Origin: Pristiophorus japonicus
Lineage: Eukaryota
DNA: 64,000 nucleotides
NCBI RefSeq assembly: GCF_044704955.1
Contig: NC_091999.1
Span: 66,278,001 to 66,342,000 of the forward strand
Direction of reading: 5' to 3'
Under the pieces are notes generated by a model, which made no database searches, had not been told where the DNA came from, and saw nothing but the letters and a program-made list of their open reading frames with translations. A program made the translations under genes and the position numbers. Positions 39,040-49,899 of the stretch are shown here, in pieces; the stretch's first letter is position 1, and each line of letters starts with the position of its first letter.

Positions 39040-40935
39040 GGACAGGATCTCGTGTAATATAAACAGAGATAGGGTCCAGGGTAATTTAAACTGTGACAAT
39101 GTCTTGTGTAATATAAAAATAAACAGGATCTAGTTTAATATAAATCGAGACAGGATCCAGTGCAATATAAACACAGACAGGATCTGGTATAAAATAAACA
39201 GAGACAGGGTCTAGTTTAATATATACCGCGACATGGTCTCGTTTAATATAACAGATACAGGGTATAGTGTAATATAAACAGAGACAGGGTCTACTGTAAT
39301 ATATAAAGAGATATGGAATAGGGTAATATAAACAGAGACATGGTCTAGTCGAATATAAATAAAGACAGGGTCTGCTGTAATATAAACAGAGATACGGTCT
39401 AATTTAATGTATACGGAGACATGGTATATTAATAGAGTTAGAGTCTAGTATATTATATACAGAGGCAGGGTCTAGTGCAGCATGAGCAGAGACAAGGTCT
39501 AGTGTAATACAAACATCGACAGGGTCGAGGGTAATATAAAGAGAGACAGGGTCTAATGAAATATAAACAAAAGAGGGTCCAGTGTAATATAAACAGAGAT
39601 ATGGTCTACTGTAATATAAACAGGGACAGGGTCTAGTGCAATTTAAATAGCGACAGGGTCCAATGTAACATAAACAGAGAAAGGGTCTAATGTAATATAA
39701 ACAGAGACAGTGTCGAGTGTAACGTAAACAGAGCGAGTGTATAATGTAATATAAACAGAGACAGGGTCCAGTGTAATATAAACAGAGACATGGTGTAGTG
39801 GAGTAACAATTGAGAAACAATCTGTTGGAATTTCACAGTGTCATAGACAATTACAGCTTAAAGGAAGCCCTTGGTTCCATCACGCCTCTGCCGACACTGA
39901 GTGAAAACAAATTCTGCTCCACTCTGCTCCAGATATTTTTCCAATGCTTTTAAATCTAGGACATCTGCTTAGTGGGAGCCGATACACTATAGCATAGAAT
40001 CTTAGAAATTGACAGCACGGAAGGAGGCATTTTCTGCCCTTTGTCTAGTGCCAGCCGACCAAGAGCTATCCTGCCTAATCCCACTTTCCCGTTCGTGTTT
40101 TGCAGCCTTTTGGTTACGACACGTTAACTGAACATTCAAGAATCTTTTAAATATGGTGAGGATTCCTGACTACCAATAATTCTTACAGTGCGATTCAGAC
40201 CCCCACCACCCTCTCGGTGAAGACAAGTCCCCTCATATCTCCTGTACATTAAAAAACTAGTTATCATATTAGGTCGATTATTATACTTCCCTGTTACAGG
40301 AGAACAGATCTAACTTTTGAAATCTCTAATTGAAGTCCCTCATCTCTGGTAACAACCTGTTAAACCTCTTCGGTACCCTTTATATCTTTATGGAAAGGTG
40401 CTGCCCAAAATTGTCCATAATATTCCATCTGAGATCCAAGGCCGAATATAAGCAGAGATAAGTTGTGATGCATTAATAACTGAGCCGCGTCTCGAGTGAT
40501 TTAAATAGAGACTGGGTCTAGTCATTGATAAACAGAGACAGGCTCTAGTGTAAAATAAAAAGAGACAGGTTCTAGTGTAATATAAACGGAGAATGGGGCG
40601 AGTATGACACAAACAACGACAGGGCCCAGTGTAATATAAATAGAGACAGGTTCTAGTGTAATATAAGCAGAAACAGGGTCCAGGGTATAATAAACAGAGA
40701 CAGAATCTAGTGTAATATAAACTAAGACAGGGTCTAGGGTAATATAAACAGCGAAAGGGTCCAGTGCAATATAAAGAGAGACAGGGTCTAGTGTTATATA
40801 AACAGAGACAGTGTCGAATGTAATGTAACCAATGACTGGATCTAGTCTAATATAAACAGAGACAGCGTCGAGTGTAATATAAATAGAGACAGGGTCAAGT
40901 GTAATCTCAGCAGAGACAGGATCTCGAGCAGTAAC
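39040..40935 (+). repeat. 27-bp minisatellite arrays (39040-39810 and 40450-40935) separated by CR1 3' debris
   Basis: Tandem 27-mers; the intervening 39830-40440 carries CR1 3' UTR-like sequence. Confidence 0.9.
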
Positions 40936-41059
40936 ACATTTTAAATATCTGGCTTGTGGTTACTGCACGTCCTACCAGTGGAAAAGATTTCTAACTATTT
41001 ACTCGATAAAAGCTCCTCATTATTTTGATCGCCACTATTAAATCGGCCTTAACATTCTC

Positions 41060-43145
41060 GGATCCATGGAGCACCGTCCCAGTTTCCAGCTGTTCTACTG
41101 ATGCACCTCATGAACATCCAGATGCGGAGTCGCTAAGATTTGATATGGAAATCCCACTTTACAACAGTGCCAGAATGTCATCCCAGGCAAGATCAGAGCA
41201 TTATCCCCGGGAATTAAACCGACTGTTTAAGACTCGTCTCAGGCACTGAACTTTGGACACTCTGAACTAAATGACAACATCTAAAAAATATAGCTGTGAC
41301 GTGCTAAAGCCCCGGTACAATGCGATCACTCTCGCCTCTGAGTGAGAAGGCTGTGGTTCACAACCCCTCTCCAGAGACTGAGCACATAAGCTTGGCTAGC
41401 ACTCCCGGTACCAGTACCGAAGGAGAAGGAGCGGGGGGGTGGGGGGTCTATATTGACGGTGGTCCAGTCTTTCGGATGAGATGTTACATCTGCTGAGTCT
41501 TCACTCACAGTTGGATGTAAGAGATTGAATGGCACTATTTTAAATAGCAGGGGAGTTCACCCCGAAGTCCATTACACATATTTATCCATTAACCAGCATC
41601 ACTAAACAATAGATTCTGTGGTTATTATCACATTATGTTTGTGGGAGCTTGCTTTGTGCAATTTGACTCCACATTTCCTACGTTACAAAAGTGACTACAA
41701 TTCAAACGTACTTCATAGTAAAGAGCTTTTGGACATTCTGAGGACTTGAAAGTCGTGGAAGTTGTTTCTAAATGTCAACATTTGAAATACACGTTGCAAT
41801 GGGTCACTGCTCTGGTCGCTGTTTTAACTTGTTTAGTTTAAATGGCTGGAATCTGATGCTAAATGGACATCCAGTGAATTACTGCTGTGTTCAGAGAGGT
41901 TCCATTGATTTTGGTAGCAGAATTTTCAAAATTGAATTTTTTATTTTAATATTTTCCCTTTGATATAAATCACATCTCTTCTAATTGAACAAATCAAAAA
42001 CCGATGTCACTGCTGGATATATTTCCATTTCTTTGTAGCAACTGTCAATATTCATAAAATAAACCTGTGCTGTGAGTTAAAACTAATCAGTAAATGACTT
42101 TGTGGATCTGCTTTTGCTGCCATGAACACTTCATGGAAACCAGTGAGGTGTTTATGTAAATAAACACAGAATTAGAAGTCCCAGATTAGAATAGTGAACG
42201 ACAGAAACACAATAAATGTTTCCTCATAAATACAGAATAGAAATAAACAGTGAGAGAGACGCTAATGTCTCAACGATTTTTGACGTCTCAATTGATGTTT
42301 GGGATATTTCTTTCAGTTATTGGTGAACAAATCGACGATGATATCCACGGTCAGAATGGGGAAAGATTCTAGTCACCGTATATAGTGTCAGCTCAAATGT
42401 ATTAGTGGCAATTCCTTGTATCCCCTCCCTATCTGCTTCTCTCTACTATACCCACCTTCTGCCTTGCCTCTAAAGAATGCCTCATTATCTTTACCTCACA
42501 ATAAGAAGTCAATGTCCAACAAACATTTTCCCTAAGGTCGATTTCAAGGCCTCAAAACAAATTGGTGGGTGTGCGGAGATGCAGCTTTATAATAAAATAT
42601 GTCGTGTGAACTCAATGATCTTGGATGTTTGATGGGACTCTGTAGAGGTAATTATACTCTGACTCGAAACCCGTGCTGTACCTGCCCTGCGAGTGTTTAA
42701 TGGGACGGTTTCGAGGGAGCTTTGCTCTGCATAGACCAGTGATGTACCTGCCCTGGGAAAGTTTGATGGGATGGTGTAGAGGGGACTTTACTCTATAGCT
42801 AACCCGTACTGTACTTGCCCTGGGAGTGTTTGCTGTGACAGTGTGGAGGGAGCTTTGCTCTGCATAGACCAGTGCTGTACCTGCCCTGGGAGAGTTTGAT
42901 GGGACGGTGTCGAGAAAGATTTACACTGTATCTAAACCGTGCTGTACCTGCCCTGGGAGTGTTTGATGTGACGGTGTAGAGGGGGCTTTAAACTGTAGCT
43001 AACCGGTGCTATACCTGCCCTGGGAGTATTGGATGTGACATTGTAGAGGGAGCTTTACTGTTTCGCGAAACGTGCTGTACCGGAGCTGGGAGTGTTTGAT
43101 GGGACAGCATCGAGGGAGCTTTTCTCTGCATTGACCCGCGCTGTG
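41060..43145 (-). pseudogene. Copy 3 (partial, most diverged) of the triplicated unit
   Basis: Blocks ~42550-42349, ~42312-42260, 42052-41819 and 41246-~41060 with the same SINE and 66-mer array; the upstream three blocks were not found. Confidence 0.45.
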
Positions 43146-43399
43146 GAATGGCACAGTGTGACATCACTATGCCAGAAAAATGTTATTATCAGTGCAACTT
43201 CCTGTATATTGCATTTCGTTTTTACCTGTTTGACATCTTCACGTCAGCAACACGTAAACAATGGGTGACGTTATTGTTCACAACAATGCAGCGTCATCAA
43301 CGTGACTTGGTCGCCATTGCTACATCAGTGCGACCTCTGACCCTCAGCCACACGGATTGCTCGATTTGACTATATAGACACTTCAAATACCCAGTGTCC

Positions 43400-44335
43400 A
43401 ATGCTGTAATAACCGAGACAGGTCCAAATGTAACATAGATAGAGTGAGCATATAGTGTAATATACACAATGACAGGGACTAGTGTAAAAGAAAAGACACA
43501 GCGTCTGGTGTAATATAAACAGAGACAGGGTCTAGAGTAATATAAACAGAGACAGTGTCTAGTGTAATTTAAACAGAGACAGGGTCTAGTGTAATATAAA
43601 CAGAGACAGGGTCTAGTGTAATATAAACAGAGACAGGGTCTAGTGTAATATAAACAGCGACAGTGTCTAGTGTAATATAGAAAATAAGAGTCCAGTGTAA
43701 TATAAACAGAAACATTGTCGAGTGTAATGTAAAAAATACATGGTCTAATATAATATCAACAGAGACAGGGTCTAGTGTAATATAAATAGAGACATGGTCG
43801 AGTGTAATATATATTGAGACAGGGTCTCGTTTAATATAAACAGAGACAGGACCAATCTATTATAAAGAGACAGGGGATAGTATAATATAAACACTGACAG
43901 GGTCCAACATAATATAACAAAGGATATTGTGCTCTAATAATAACTAATACATGATCTATTGTATTAAAAACATTGACATTTTCTAGTGCAATATAAACTG
44001 GGACAGTGTCTAGTATAACATAAAGAGAGACAGGGACTAGTGAAATATTAACAGATACATGGTGTACGCTAATATAAACAGAGACAGCGTCTCGTTCAGT
44101 AGTAACTGAGACAAGTTCTAATGTGTTATAACGGAGGGTCTAGTACTGTGATAACTGATATAGAGCCGAGCATAATATAAGCAGAGACAGGGTCTAGTGC
44201 AGTGTAACTGAGACAGTATCTACAGTAATAAAATAGATCCCAAGACGAGTGCAGTAATAACTGAGACAGGGCCATCTGCATTCCGAATAGAGAGATGGTC
44301 TAGTGCAGTTATAATTAAACAGGGTCCAGATTAAT
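43400..44335 (+). repeat. 27-bp minisatellite array, including near-perfect units at ~43510-43680
   Basis: Several exact gtgtaatataaacagagacagggtcta copies. Confidence 0.95.
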
Positions 44336-44404
44336 TTAAACTTGTAGAATGTCTAGAATAATTTGATAGCAACATTCCAGCCATGAAATCTTCATGTCTG
44401 TACG

Positions 44405-44510
44405 ATTGTCTATCTGTCTGTCTATCTGTCTGTCGTTCGTTCGGTCGGTCCGTCCGTCCGTCTGTCCGTCCGTCCTTCGATTCGTAATTCTATCCATCTA
44501 TCTGTACTTC
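44405..44510. repeat. Compound (TCTA/TCTG/TCCG)n microsatellite
   Basis: tctatctgtctgtc...gtccgtccgtccg. Confidence 0.85.
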
Positions 44511-44516
44511 TATCTT

Positions 44517-44905
44517 ATATTACACTAGACACTGTCTCTGTTTATATTAGTCTTGACCCTGTCTCTGTTTATATTACACTAGACCCTGTCTCGGTTTATA
44601 ATACACCAGATCCTGTCTCTGTTTATATTACTCTAGACCCTGTCTCTGTTTATATTACAATAGCCCCTGTCTCTGTTTATATTACACTAGCCCCTGTCTC
44701 TGTTTATATTACACTCGACACTGTCTCAGTTTATATTCTTCCAGCCACTATCCCTGTTTATATTGCATTACATCCTGTCTCTGTTTATGTTACACTGGAC
44801 CCTATCTCAGTTTATATTACACGAGACCCTGTTTCTTTTTATTATACGCCAGGCGCTGTCTCTGTTTATATTATCCTCGACACTGTCTCTCTTTATATTA
44901 CACCA
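44517..44905 (-). repeat. 27-bp minisatellite array in inverted orientation
   Basis: tagaccctgtctctgtttatattacac is the reverse complement of the 27-mer; about 14 units. Confidence 0.95.
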
Positions 44906-45689
44906 GATCAGCTTTCCTTTTCAAATATATATTGGTTTCCCGATTTGAAAGTTATAATTAAATCTGCTGCCATCACCCTTTCAGGCACTACATTCCAGTT
45001 TATTACAGCTCACTGCATAAAAAATCTTCTTATCTCCCGTCTGGATTTATTTTTTCATTCATCTTAATCTTTGTCCTCTGGTTACCGATAGACCTGCCGA
45101 TGGAATCCCCACCTTTCGATCAACTCAACGAAACCCCTTCACAATTAACATCTGTTAATTCTCCCCTAAGCATTCCCCGCAATAATAAGAATAATCACAT
45201 CCTCTCTCGTGTCCACATAACTAAACTCCCTCATGCCTTGCACCAATCTCCTCTGCATCCTCGACAAGCGCCCGACAATCATCCTTAAATGTGGATTGAA
45301 ATAAATGCAATATTTTTTTGCCCTTCAGATTATTTCTAAGGATACATGCTCCCTTCAAATTTAACTGACTGAGAAGCATTAATTATAGTGTTTTACTTGT
45401 TTTGACAATACAGACGGTGACTGAAATGCTCAGCAACATCCGTCTCCACATGACTCATGTGTCAAAATGATCACTGTCCCCACCTGTTGATAAACGACAT
45501 CTACTGCAATCCCGAGAGCTTACTTTAAACATGATTCATAATATCCACCACAATAACTTGCTTGAACGTTTACCCAGAGATTTTTTTTAGAACAATCCAC
45601 AAGAGGTGCAGATGATCAGGAAGTATCAAGGGCGGAATTAGCAAAATTATTGTTGCAAATTCACCTTCAGTTCATCATACAGAGCCGTC

Positions 45690-47150
45690 AGATTAGAATA
45701 ACTTCCATAATGAATAAAAACCTCACAGGACAAATGGTGCAACCCGTGGCTAACAAGGGAAGTTAAGATAGCATTAGATGAAATGAACAGGCTTAGAATG
45801 TTGACAAAAAGAGTAGTAAGCCCGAATATTGGGAAGATTTTGGAATTTTGCAAAAGATGCACATGCAACTGATAATATGGGAGAAAATATAAAATTAAAT
45901 AAGCTATCAAAAACCTAAAAACAGATTGTTAAAGCTTCTACACGTGTATAGAAAGATGACTTACATTAGCGTACTTTACAATGCAAAGTTAGGTGAACAG
46001 TAAACAGCAAGGAATAGGTAAGGAGGCTGCAACGGGATATTGACAGGTTAAGTGAGTGGGCAAGAACATGTCAGATTGAGTATAATGTGTAGAAGTGTGA
46101 AGTTCCGCACTTTGGTGGGACAAATAGAAACGCAGAATATTTTTGAATGTTGAGAAACTGAGTAATATTTTTATTCAGAAAGAGCTGGATCGCATTGTAC
46201 ACGAATCACAGAAAGCTAACATAGAGCCAAAGTGACCAATTAGGAAAGCAAATGCTAAGCAACATTTTGTTGCAAAGGGATTGGAGTATGAGAGCAAAGA
46301 AACCTTCATGCTCTTATTAAGGGCTCTGCTGAGAGTACACCTGGTGTATTGTGTACAGCTGTGTTCTCCTTACCTATGGAAAGATACACTTGCCTTGGAG
46401 GGAGTGCATCTAAGGTTCATCAGACTAATCTGATTCCTGGGACGGCAGCGGGGGCGGGGCGGGGCGCGGGGCTCTTCTATCAGAAGAGATTGAGTGTCTA
46501 ATGTCCATATTTCCGAGGAAATCACAACATAATAACATAAGAATTGTGAGCCGGATTTGGCCATACGGTTCCTCAAGTCTGTTCCGTCATTCAACGAGAT
46601 CATGGCTGATCTTTTACCTCAGCTCCCCTTCCCTGCACTATCCACATATCTGAATGGAAACAATTGCAGGGCTTCAGGGAAATTGCGGGGGATTGGTCAG
46701 TTATACAAAATACTTCAAGTGTGGTCTAACCAAGTTTAGCATAACTTTTCCACTTTGCAATTCTATCCCTCTAGAAATAAACCCGAGTGCAGGTTTTCTT
46801 ATTTTTATGGCATTATTAACCTGCGTCGCTACTTTTAGTGATATGTGTATTTGCACTCTCAGAGACCTTTGTTCCTCCATCACATTTAGATTCTTATTTT
46901 AAACGTGATAAGTGAACTCCTTATTTTTCTTACTAAAATTTAAGAACTCATACTTGTCTGGGTTGAAATTAATTAGTCAATTCATGTCTTCTTGTAATTC
47001 GTTGCAGTGTTCCACAGGATTTACACCCCAACCCGCCAGCCCCACATGCATTCGCAAATTTAGAAATTGAGTTTTTGACTCCAAAATCTAAATTGTTAAT
47101 ATAAGTTGTGATCAATAGTGGACCCAGCACTGATCTTTGTGGGATCCCTA
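45690..47150. mobile_element. Cluster of old CR1 fragments on both strands
   Basis: PWLTREVKIAL, RLQRDIDRLSEWA (+); LRVQIHISLKVATQV...LVRPHLKY (-). Confidence 0.75.
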
Positions 47151-47226
47151 TTTCTATCCATATATCTGTTTATCTATCTATCTATCTGGCTATCTCTCTA
47201 TCTATCTATCTATCTATCTATCTATG
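47150..47226. repeat. (ATCT)n microsatellite
   Basis: tatctatctatctatc runs. Confidence 0.9.
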
Positions 47227-48784
47227 TATTACAGGGTTATGTGCGGTCCTGAAACTCCAGCTGACTGCTGCTTCTGACATGGTGTCTGCGACATTGGATA
47301 TATTTCCTTTCCTGCGATATGGGAACAGTTACACACAGTTACACAACGAAAAAATTAAACTTAACACCAATACTGTTACTTGGTAGATGTGTATATAAAT
47401 ATGTCTTTTGACAATGTAAATGTTTTGAAGTTGGCTTCCAGGCATGCGGTCAGTAGTGAGAAAGCAGGCCTTTGATGGACTGCACAGAAACCCAGATGCT
47501 TCCTATAAATAACACTGGCTGTTCGAGGCTCGCTGACGGCAGTCGGTTTGGTGACTGCCAAATATTGTGTGGGTCAGATTAGCGTGAACAAGAATGGGAG
47601 AGAGATGGTATTTAACTATTTGAACATTAAATTATTCAGTAGAACTTTTAAAATAAGAAACATTTTGCATGTTATAACATCTCAAGGTGATTTGCCATAA
47701 ATTCCATGCTCACAATATTACAAAATAGGATTGGAAAATAATAAATTGATCCACACGGTATCTAATGAAAACTATTTACAAATAAAGACCATTCTAGTTC
47801 ATTCAGTGCATTTATTCAGTACAGCATGAAGTGCTGGAAAGATGTTTAATGGCCTCACCCCACACTGTAATAAAATGGGTGGGATTCACAAAGTAAGTAA
47901 AACAGGTTGAATTGCCTTAAATATTCTCACAGAGAAGTGCCAGCTGCACTTCTTTAATATTCTCACAGAATTTTGCGTCTGGTCTAAACTAATGTCTCCA
48001 TTATTCCTGATTAGCAGCCGCGCAGTTTGCGGTGTATTTTGAACTGATTTTGATGCCTGAATAACTCCTCTCATAGCCCGGCTACCAGTGGGTGGTGAAA
48101 TGCCCAGATTGTGATCTGTTTCTGCAGGAGAAGAAGGATTTATTCCTGTGATATTCTGTAACATACCGCTATGTCCTGATACACCGTATTCCTGGTACCC
48201 TTGTCTGTTACACATTCGGTCGCTGTTAAAGTTAGCTGCAAGGATTTGGATGTCGAGGTTTGCTGATCACATTATCGGTTCTGATTCACCGGCTTCTCTC
48301 ATAAAACGCTGGTCTGAAGCGGGCGGGCCCCACTTTCTTATGTGTCTCCGTCAATTCACTCCTTAATCATCAGTCAAGCGTACTTACTTTCCAGCTAAAT
48401 TTACAAACGGCTGTCTTATGGTCACAGACTCAGGGGCAGTTAGTGTAATGCAATTAGAGACAATTGTATAATGTGAGGAGCATGATCTCATCTCCAGACC
48501 AAAAGTGATTAGCTTTAGCCAAGTGCACCTATAAGTAGAATCACATTACGCGTCTACCGCACTTGGTTACATAGAGTGATATCAGTTCAGATTATAGGGG
48601 ATACTTTATTGGTACAGATGCATGGATAGATAGCGGGAGATGGACAAGCACAAACTGGCCGTGTCTTTAGATCCTGATAATGTAATTCAACCTCAAAGAT
48701 TCACATCCCCTGTGAAACAGTGAGGAACAAAGGGATGTAATTTACAGTCCACATGTGAGTCCATTCTGTTCGTGATGTGGAAGG

Positions 48785-48867
48785 TGTGACGTGGATCCAG
48801 AAGCCGCCTCTTTCAGGGAATCAATGGGCGGCGCCTGTAACCTCTCACCAATCTACCGGGTATTTAA
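48785..48867 (+). promoter_or_regulatory. Putative VH promoter (CRE-like, CCAAT, TATA-like; no octamer)
   Basis: TGACGT 48787-48792, CCAAT 48848-48852 and TATTTAA 48861-48867, ~100-175 bp upstream of the leader ATG; no ATGCAAAT/ATTTGCAT nearby. Confidence 0.55.
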
Positions 48868-48959
48868 CTGCCGGTCATTGGGACCGCAATGTAACAGTCT
48901 GGGAGTGGGTTTGCCCAGTGAGTTCTTGCCGGAACCATTCACCACACAGTGCCAGAAGG

Positions 48960-49454
48960 ATGAGGTCGGCGATTGCTCTTGGTCTGTTGCTGTCTTTACT
49001 TTCCCGTGAGTAGTTTTTATTGTCCAATTCTCTCATTGTTACTGTCTCAGTGACAGTCTCTCTCTGGAATTTTAGAGAGTCTGGAATCATTTCTCGAGGA
49101 TTAACCCTCGGGGTATTTTGACTAATTTTACAGGTGTCCTGTCGCATGTGGTGTTGACTCAGCCCGAGGCAAAGACCAGGATTCCCGCAAGGCTCCCTCA
49201 GACTAACCTCGAAAACCAGCGGGTTCGATCTTAGCGGCTATGGCATGAACTGGGTCCGCCAGGTTCCCGGACAGGGGCTGGAGTGTCTGGTTTACCACTA
49301 CACTCCATCGAGCAAGAATAACGTCCCAGAGATTGAGAGTCGATTTACTGCATCCAAAGACACTTCAAACAACATCTTCACGTTGGACGTGAAGAATATG
49401 AGGAGCGAAGGCACCCCCATCTATTACTGTGCAAGGGAGGACTAGGGAGTGGGT
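48960..49454 (+). pseudogene. IGHV: IgM-type VH pseudogene (leader 48960-49005; V exon 49134-~49438) fused to a D-like segment (~49439-49454)
   Basis: Leader MRSAIALGLLLSLLS|gtgag; [14 protein letters not shown](fs)[34 protein letters not shown]...[32 protein letters not shown], the classic shark IgM VH pattern. Lesions: frameshift ~49190, first Cys replaced by Ser, TAG at 49443-49445. Confidence 0.96.
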
Positions 49455-49492
49455 CATGGTGCAATACAGGGCGAGCTCTCCATACAAATACC
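49455..49492 (+). other. Recombination signal sequence, 22-bp spacer
   Basis: CATGGTG - caatacagggcgagctctccat (22 nt) - ACAAATACC. Confidence 0.85.
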
Positions 49493-49583
49493 CCAGACAG
49501 GGAGTTTACTCAAACCTGCGACCATTACCACGCCAGTAGCGTCGAAAGAACTGAGGCTTAAATTGAAATAGTTAGAAATAAGT

Positions 49584-49612
<29 letters not shown>
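49584..49612. repeat. (TA)n microsatellite
   Basis: Perfect tatatata run between the two RSSs. Confidence 0.95.
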
Positions 49613-49615
<3 letters not shown>

Positions 49616-49821
49616 AATGTATACAAATTTTCTTCTTTATTACTATTGATTGCCATGTTCAATATGCACAGATGCTTCACAAGTATTCCAATCATTTTTG
49701 TAAATATAATGAACGGTACAAAATTAAATATCTCGCTGAGTCACTCTTACGAGAGTCGGAATCGGGTTTTTAGAGCTGGCTGGAATTTAATCTCTGTATT
49801 TTACAGTTAACAGTCCGCCGG

Positions 49822-49849
49822 AGTCTTTGACACGACGTGACTCACTGTG
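49822..49849 (-). other. Recombination signal sequence, 12-bp spacer, in front of the (D)J segment
   Basis: agtctttga (6/9 to ggtttttgt) - cacgacgtgact (12 nt) - CACTGTG; no nonamer at 22/23 spacing. Confidence 0.75.
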
Positions 49850-49899
49850 TTACGCAATGGGCTACTGGGGACAAGGGACCATGGTGACGGTGACTGCAC
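49850..49899 (+). other. IGHJ: JH segment (probably with a pre-joined D remnant)
   Basis: YAMGYWGQGTMVTVTA followed by the donor |gtaag. Confidence 0.95.

Noticed and set aside
43152-43180. Perfect CACAGTG heptamer
   Set aside because: No nonamer at 12 or 23 spacing; it is a variant of the 66-mer repeat.
47365-47445. Possible orphan exon 1 of a GPR139-like gene on the minus strand (…DIF…IGV)
   Set aside because: Similarity too short and frameshifted; no second exon nearby.
48945-48951. CACAGTG in the VH 5' UTR
   Set aside because: No nonamer at either spacing.
49765-49773. Nonamer-like ggtttttag suggesting a free D segment
   Set aside because: No heptamer 12 or 23 bp downstream; no D segment found.
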